A stretch of 63,090 nucleotides of DNA from Lachnospiraceae bacterium UBA3711. Its GTDB lineage: Bacteria > Bacillota > Clostridia > Lachnospirales > Lachnospiraceae. The notes under the pieces are model-generated. The model did no database searches and was not told the origin of the DNA. It saw only the letters and a list, made by a program, of their open reading frames with translations. Of this stretch, positions 58,651 to 63,090 are shown in pieces. A program made the translations under genes and the position numbers. Location: the NCBI GenBank assembly GCA_002371345.1, contig DFHY01000108.1, positions 2,046-65,135 of the forward strand, read 5' to 3'. Numbering within the stretch: position 1 is the stretch's first letter; each line of letters begins with the position of its first letter.

Positions 58651-59241
58651 TCATATCAGACCGAAACGTTCAAACGGCTTCAGTCTAAGCCATACCTTAC
58701 CGATAATATCGCTTCCCTTAACAGGCCCGACAGTAGAATCGCGGCTGTCGAAATTGTTGGACCGGTTATCGGCCATGACAAAATACTCATCACTTCCCAG
58801 CGTCAGAGCCGACGACGCTGTCCCGCCGTATGTCATCTCACCGGACCGGTAGTTTTCCTCCAGCGGATACCCGTTGATATACACTGTCCCGTCTGAGATC
58901 TGCACAGTTTCACCCGGAAGAGCGACTATGCGTCTGATCGAATCCGAGTCTGACCCTGAGGCTGAAGACCCTTCATCGCCGGATACCCGGAACTGAATGA
59001 TATCTCCCCTTGAGGGGGGCAGAAGCAGATACGCGAGATGGTTGACCCCGACAGTGTCGGAGATGGAGATAGCTGGACTCATCGCTCCGCTTGTCGCCTT
59101 AACCGCGTAAGATACAAACGGAGACAGAGCAAACAGTATGAGAACCAGGACAGCAAGAGAGACCAGTATTCCGAATAGTATCCGGACTGGCTTCTTCCTT
59201 CTGCCGGAACCATATTTCTGTCTCCTTCTGCCTCTTGCCAT
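58651..59241 (-). CDS. signal peptidase I-like protein lacking the Ser/Lys dyad
   Basis: TM, RGDII, LPGETV, DNRSNNFDSR; box B reads SGAM and box D reads IRR. Confidence 0.85.
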   Translation of the reverse strand: MARGRRRQKYGSGRRKKPVRILFGILVSLAVLVLILFALSPFVSYAVKATSGAMSPAISISDTVGVNHLAYLLLPPSRGDIIQFRVSGDEGSSASGSDSDSIRRIVALPGETVQISDGTVYINGYPLEENYRSGEMTYGGTASSALTLGSDEYFVMADNRSNNFDSRDSTVGPVKGSDIIGKVWLRLKPFERFGLI

Positions 59242-60083
59242 CAGACTTTCTCCAGTGTAATCTGCCCCAGTCTTCCGGACCGGAAATCATCAATCAGAGT
59301 CTTCGACGCTTTCTCAAGATCCGCCCCGCCCCCTGCCTTCAGGCAGCCTCGGCGCAGCGCGATCTGATTCAGCACTCCCTCCGTATCAGAAGCTTCATCG
59401 GCCTCATACCGTATCTTCAGCGCGTCAGGATAATCACTCTTCAGATACTGTATGAGCCAGGCCGCGAGTTCTCCCCGGTCAGTAATCTCGTCACGCATGG
59501 AACCGACAAGGGCCAGCTTCATCCCGACCTCGCGGTCATCAAACTTCGGCCACAGAATGCCCGGGGTGTCGAGAAGCTCAACGTTCTTATTCAGTCTGAT
59601 CCACTGCTTTCCCTTCGTCACGCCGGGTTTGTCTCCGGTTTTGGCAGCCGCTCTACCCGCAAATGAATTGATGAACGTCGACTTTCCGACATTGGGAATG
59701 CCGGCTATCATCGCACGGACCGGACGGTTGACTATTCCTCTGCGCCTGTTTCGCTCAAGCTTCTCCTGACAGGCGCGGTCGATCAGAGGCTTCAGCGCCC
59801 TCACTCCCGAGCCTTTTCTTGAGTCGATGTCAGCGGTCAGGAATCCTTTCTCCTCAAAATGCGCCCTCCAGGCTTTGGTCGCCGCCGCGTCCGCAAGATC
59901 CGCCTTATTAAGAACGACGATCCGGCTCTTTCCCTTCGCCAGCGTATCTATATCGGGATTCCTCCCCGCCTGAGGGGCTCTCGCGTCCGTCAGCTCGATC
60001 AGAAGATCGATCAGCGCTATGTTTTCCTGCATCATTCTCCGGGCCTTGGTCATATGCCCGGGATACCATTGATAATCCATCAC
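59241..60083 (-). CDS. rbgA: ribosome biogenesis GTPase RbgA/YlqF
   Basis: QWYPGHM, DAR, NKAD, GIPNVGKS, DTPGILWP. Confidence 0.96.
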   Translation of the reverse strand: MMDYQWYPGHMTKARRMMQENIALIDLLIELTDARAPQAGRNPDIDTLAKGKSRIVVLNKADLADAAATKAWRAHFEEKGFLTADIDSRKGSGVRALKPLIDRACQEKLERNRRRGIVNRPVRAMIAGIPNVGKSTFINSFAGRAAAKTGDKPGVTKGKQWIRLNKNVELLDTPGILWPKFDDREVGMKLALVGSMRDEITDRGELAAWLIQYLKSDYPDALKIRYEADEASDTEGVLNQIALRRGCLKAGGGADLEKASKTLIDDFRSGRLGQITLEKV

Positions 60084-60736
60084 ATGAATCCTCTGTGTTC
60101 GGCAGGGCTCAATACAAACCAGACCTTGCCCTCCATCATCTCGCTGGTAACGATCCCGATCTCCGGATTGCGTGAATCCTCTGAGTTGTTCCGGTTGTCT
60201 CCCAGCACGAAGTATTCGCCCTCCCCGAGGCTTATAGGATTCTCGGCAAGTCCGGCCCTCGTGATAGCCGGGTAGTCCTTGCCCTCCAGATAAACCTGGT
60301 CATTGATATATATCATGCCATCCTTGATCTGAATCTTCTGTCCCGGAACAGCGATGACCCTCTTGATATCAGGCCTGGCGCTTGAGCTGCCGTTCGGCCT
60401 GTAGGATACAATATCTCCGACCTTCGGCGAGCCTACCTGATAAGCGAGAATATTGACCAGGCAGACATCACCGCCGGCGAGTGTGGGATCCATCGACTGT
60501 CCGATATTGGTTCTCTGCTGTCCGAATGTATATACCGAGACATATCCGAACAGAACCGCAATGACGATCAGAAATACCCATTCGAAGATAAGCCTTGGAA
60601 CGGACTTTTTCCTCTTTCTCCTGCTTTTCTCCTCCTCCATGCGCTCAAGTGCCTCGATCCTTGCTCTCTCACGCGGGGTATGGCTCTTCCAGTCTTCATT
60701 TGTGAAATCGATCGGCGTGTCATTCACATATCTCAT
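60080..60736 (-). CDS. lepB: signal peptidase I
   Basis: GQSMDPTL, IKRVIAVPG, GDNRNNSEDSR. Confidence 0.93.
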   Translation of the reverse strand: MRYVNDTPIDFTNEDWKSHTPRERARIEALERMEEEKSRRKRKKSVPRLIFEWVFLIVIAVLFGYVSVYTFGQQRTNIGQSMDPTLAGGDVCLVNILAYQVGSPKVGDIVSYRPNGSSSARPDIKRVIAVPGQKIQIKDGMIYINDQVYLEGKDYPAITRAGLAENPISLGEGEYFVLGDNRNNSEDSRNPEIGIVTSEMMEGKVWFVLSPAEHRGFM

Positions 60737-60754
60737 GAGTGAATCTCCATAGAC

Positions 60755-60792
60755 AGAACAGAGGCTGTCGCACCATCAGATGCGGCAGCCCC
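60755..60792 (-). terminator. hairpin downstream of rplS
   Basis: GGCTGCCGCA...TGCGACAGCC followed by TCTGTTCT. Confidence 0.55.
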
Positions 60793-60805
60793 CCGATAAA
60801 CACTT

Positions 60806-61153
60806 TCAGCGTACCCGTTCCTTGACCTTTGCCCTCTTACCGACACGGCCTCTGAGATAATTCAGCTTCGCGCGTCTTACCTTACCGGCTCTGACGACGA
60901 CAACCTTCTCGACGGACGGAGAATGAAGCGGCCAGGTCTTCTCAACACCTACTCCGTTGGAATTCTTACGGACAGTAAATGTCGCGCGGTTGCTTCCGCC
61001 CTGCTTCTTCAGGACAACGCCCTCAAAAACCTGAATCCTTTCCTTCTCGCCTTCCTTGATCTTGGCGTGTACCCTTACGGTATCGCCGACTCTGAACTGC
61101 GGAACTTCATCCCTAAGCTGCTCTTCTTCGATCTGTTTAATGATCTCGTTCAT
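60806..61153 (-). CDS. rplS: 50S ribosomal protein L19
   Basis: [34 protein letters not shown]. Confidence 0.98.
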   Translation of the reverse strand: MNEIIKQIEEEQLRDEVPQFRVGDTVRVHAKIKEGEKERIQVFEGVVLKKQGGSNRATFTVRKNSNGVGVEKTWPLHSPSVEKVVVVRAGKVRRAKLNYLRGRVGKRAKVKERVR

Positions 61154-61174
61154 CGTTGCTATCCTCCTGTATTA

Positions 61175-61219
61175 CGGATGTTCTTAATGCATACTATTCT
61201 GCAGCAGAGGACCATCTCG
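61175..61219 (-). ncRNA. L19 leader, probable
   Basis: GAUGGUCCUCUGC...AAGAACAUC hairpin immediately before the rplS RBS. Confidence 0.7.
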
Positions 61220-61237
61220 TTTTTTCACACGACGAAA

Positions 61238-61266
61238 AATATATCATGTTTTCGCGTCGGTGGCAA
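61238..61266 (-). promoter_or_regulatory. sigma-A promoter of rplS
   Basis: TTGCCA-17-TATATT with extended TG. Confidence 0.7.
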
Positions 61267-61311
61267 GAGGGAAATGAACATCATATTGTATTTCTGAGTT
61301 ACCCGCTGTTA

Positions 61312-62961
61312 TCACATCTTGAAAAGCGTGCCGAGGATACTCCGGCCCAGCTGGGCGCCGATATTACCGCCCAGTGTCTTTCCGAACGATCCTCCGACGG
61401 ACGCGCCGATAGAATTGCCGATCTGTCTTCCGACCGTTCCTGTGACCGTCTTAGCGACTCTTCCGATCTCGGTCTTCTTTCGCTTCGCCTCTCTCTCGGC
61501 CTCTCTCTGAATGGCGGCAGCTTCTCTCTCGGCCTGCCGCTGTGCCGCTATGGCTTCCCTCTCAGCCTGCTTCTGCGCCGCTGCGGCTTCTCTCTCGGCC
61601 TGCTTCCGCGCGGCCTCCTGTGCCTTCGCTTCCTCGAGATCCCGGGCTTCCTTCTGTGCCTGGGCCTCTCTCTCAAGTCCCATTCTCTGCAGGAACTCAT
61701 ACGCGCTGTCGCGGTCGAAAGCGTTCGCATATCGTGAATACAGAAGGCTTCCCTTTATGAGGGAATCCCTCAGCATATCGTCCGCGGCGCCGTTGAAGGA
61801 CTGCGGCGGAAGGATGAAGCAGCGCTCAACCATGCCCGGAACGCCGTCCTGATCGAGCGTAGAGATGATCGCCTCGCCTGTCGCGAGGTTCTGAATGACC
61901 TCCGCGGTATTGAAATCGGGGTTCGGGCGGTATGTATCCGCGGCGGCCTTGACCTGGCGGAGTTCATTCGGAGAGTATGCATGCAGCGCATGCTGGATCT
62001 TGTTCCCGAGCTGGCTCATGATTCCGTCCGGTATATCGCCCGGATTCTGCGTCACGAAGAAGATGCCCACGCCCTTCGAGCGGATCAGCTTGACCGTCTG
62101 CTCTATCCTCATGAGCAGGTCCTTTGACGCGTGGTCGAACAGCATGTGCGCCTCGTCGAAGAAGAATACCATCTTGGGCTTATCGCAGTCTCCTACCTCC
62201 GGAAGCATCTCGTACAGCTCCGACAGCATCCACAGGAGGAAGGTTGAGTACATATCCGGATTCAGTATGAGCCTGCGGCAGTCAAGCAGGCTGATGACGC
62301 CCTTTCCGTTATCTGTCTGCAGCATGTCCATCATGTTGAGTGCCGGCTCACCGAAGAACTGATCGGCTCCCTGCGATTCAAGAGACACGATCGCGCGCGT
62401 GATGGCGGCTATCGACGCCGGAGCGATGTTGCCGTACTGCGCGGCGAATTCCCTGGAATTCTCATCGGCATAGTTCAGCATCGCTTTCAGGTCCTTAGTG
62501 TCGATCAGCAGCATCTGTTTGTCGTCCGCGATCTTGAATACAACACTGAGAATATCTGTCTGAAGCTCATTTATACCAAGAACACGGGCAAGGAGGAGCG
62601 GCCCCATCTCGGAGATTGTTGTGCGGAGCGGCATGCCTTTCTCTCCGTAGACGTCCCAGAAGCTGACCGGATACTTACTGTAAGCAAAGCCGTCCTGTGC
62701 GAGATTCATCGACTGGATGCGTTCGGTAACATGCGGCTCGTCGCATCCCGTCTGGGCGAGTGATCCGAGGTCTCCCTTGATATCTGCCAGGAAGACCGGC
62801 ACTCCCAGATCTGAAAATGACTCTGCCAGAACCTTCAGACTGACGGTCTTGCCGGTTCCGGTAGCTCCGGCAATCATGCCGTGCCGGTTAGCCATCGCGG
62901 GATTCAGAAACAGTTCTTTATCACCGCTCTTGCCGATCAGTATCTTTCCATCCTTCAACAT
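61312..62961 (-). CDS. DUF853/YjgR HerA-like ATPase
   Basis: NRHGMIAGATGTGKT, DIKGD, FFFDEAH, RSKGVGIFFVTQNP; coiled repeats and a Gly-rich C-terminus. Confidence 0.92.
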   Translation of the reverse strand: MLKDGKILIGKSGDKELFLNPAMANRHGMIAGATGTGKTVSLKVLAESFSDLGVPVFLADIKGDLGSLAQTGCDEPHVTERIQSMNLAQDGFAYSKYPVSFWDVYGEKGMPLRTTISEMGPLLLARVLGINELQTDILSVVFKIADDKQMLLIDTKDLKAMLNYADENSREFAAQYGNIAPASIAAITRAIVSLESQGADQFFGEPALNMMDMLQTDNGKGVISLLDCRRLILNPDMYSTFLLWMLSELYEMLPEVGDCDKPKMVFFFDEAHMLFDHASKDLLMRIEQTVKLIRSKGVGIFFVTQNPGDIPDGIMSQLGNKIQHALHAYSPNELRQVKAAADTYRPNPDFNTAEVIQNLATGEAIISTLDQDGVPGMVERCFILPPQSFNGAADDMLRDSLIKGSLLYSRYANAFDRDSAYEFLQRMGLEREAQAQKEARDLEEAKAQEAARKQAEREAAAAQKQAEREAIAAQRQAEREAAAIQREAEREAKRKKTEIGRVAKTVTGTVGRQIGNSIGASVGGSFGKTLGGNIGAQLGRSILGTLFKM

Positions 62962-63090
62962 ATCGTGCAGCCTCCTCCTGATTCTGTGGTTTGTTTTAAC
63001 ATCTGGTATTATTCTAACACATTGCGGTATGTTTTAACATATGGTTCTGATGGATTAACCTCAGCTTATTTCACGGGCTCGATGGTTTGT

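Overview
Chromosomal window from a Firmicutes (Clostridia, most likely Lachnospiraceae-like) anaerobe, with nearly all real genes on the minus strand. Both ends are housekeeping: rplU with its L21 leader, rng, a radical SAM pair and tRNA-Pro(GGG) on the left; gdhA, folD/fchA, fumarase, metF, plsY-der, prs, pgeF, yraN, rnhB, lepB-rbgA-lepB and rplS with its L19 leader on the right. The standout is a ~15.3 kb co-oriented, translationally coupled cluster (39217->23897): nifH-like, nifD-like, nifK-like, hypF, hypC, hypD, hypE, [structured repeat], TM1266-type regulator, second nifD-like, second nifK-like, hydF, hydE, and an Fe-ADH::HAD fusion. It mixes the [NiFe]-hydrogenase Fe(CN)2CO module (HypCDEF) with the [FeFe]-hydrogenase H-cluster maturases HydE/HydF and a nitrogenase-like reductase system. 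The window shows no hydG, hypA/hypB, nifB or hydrogenase structural gene. This suggests a HydG-independent route to a CO/CN-iron cofactor (hypothesis). The cluster sits behind a strong sigma-A promoter and a ~110 nt leader with mutually exclusive terminator/antiterminator folds that I cannot assign to a known riboswitch. Other items: an unannotated 35-aa basic ORF, a signal peptidase paralogue lacking both catalytic residues, a deleted AAA/PD-(D/E)XK pseudogene, and orphan larB and araA. All calls come from motif recognition by eye; no searches were run.
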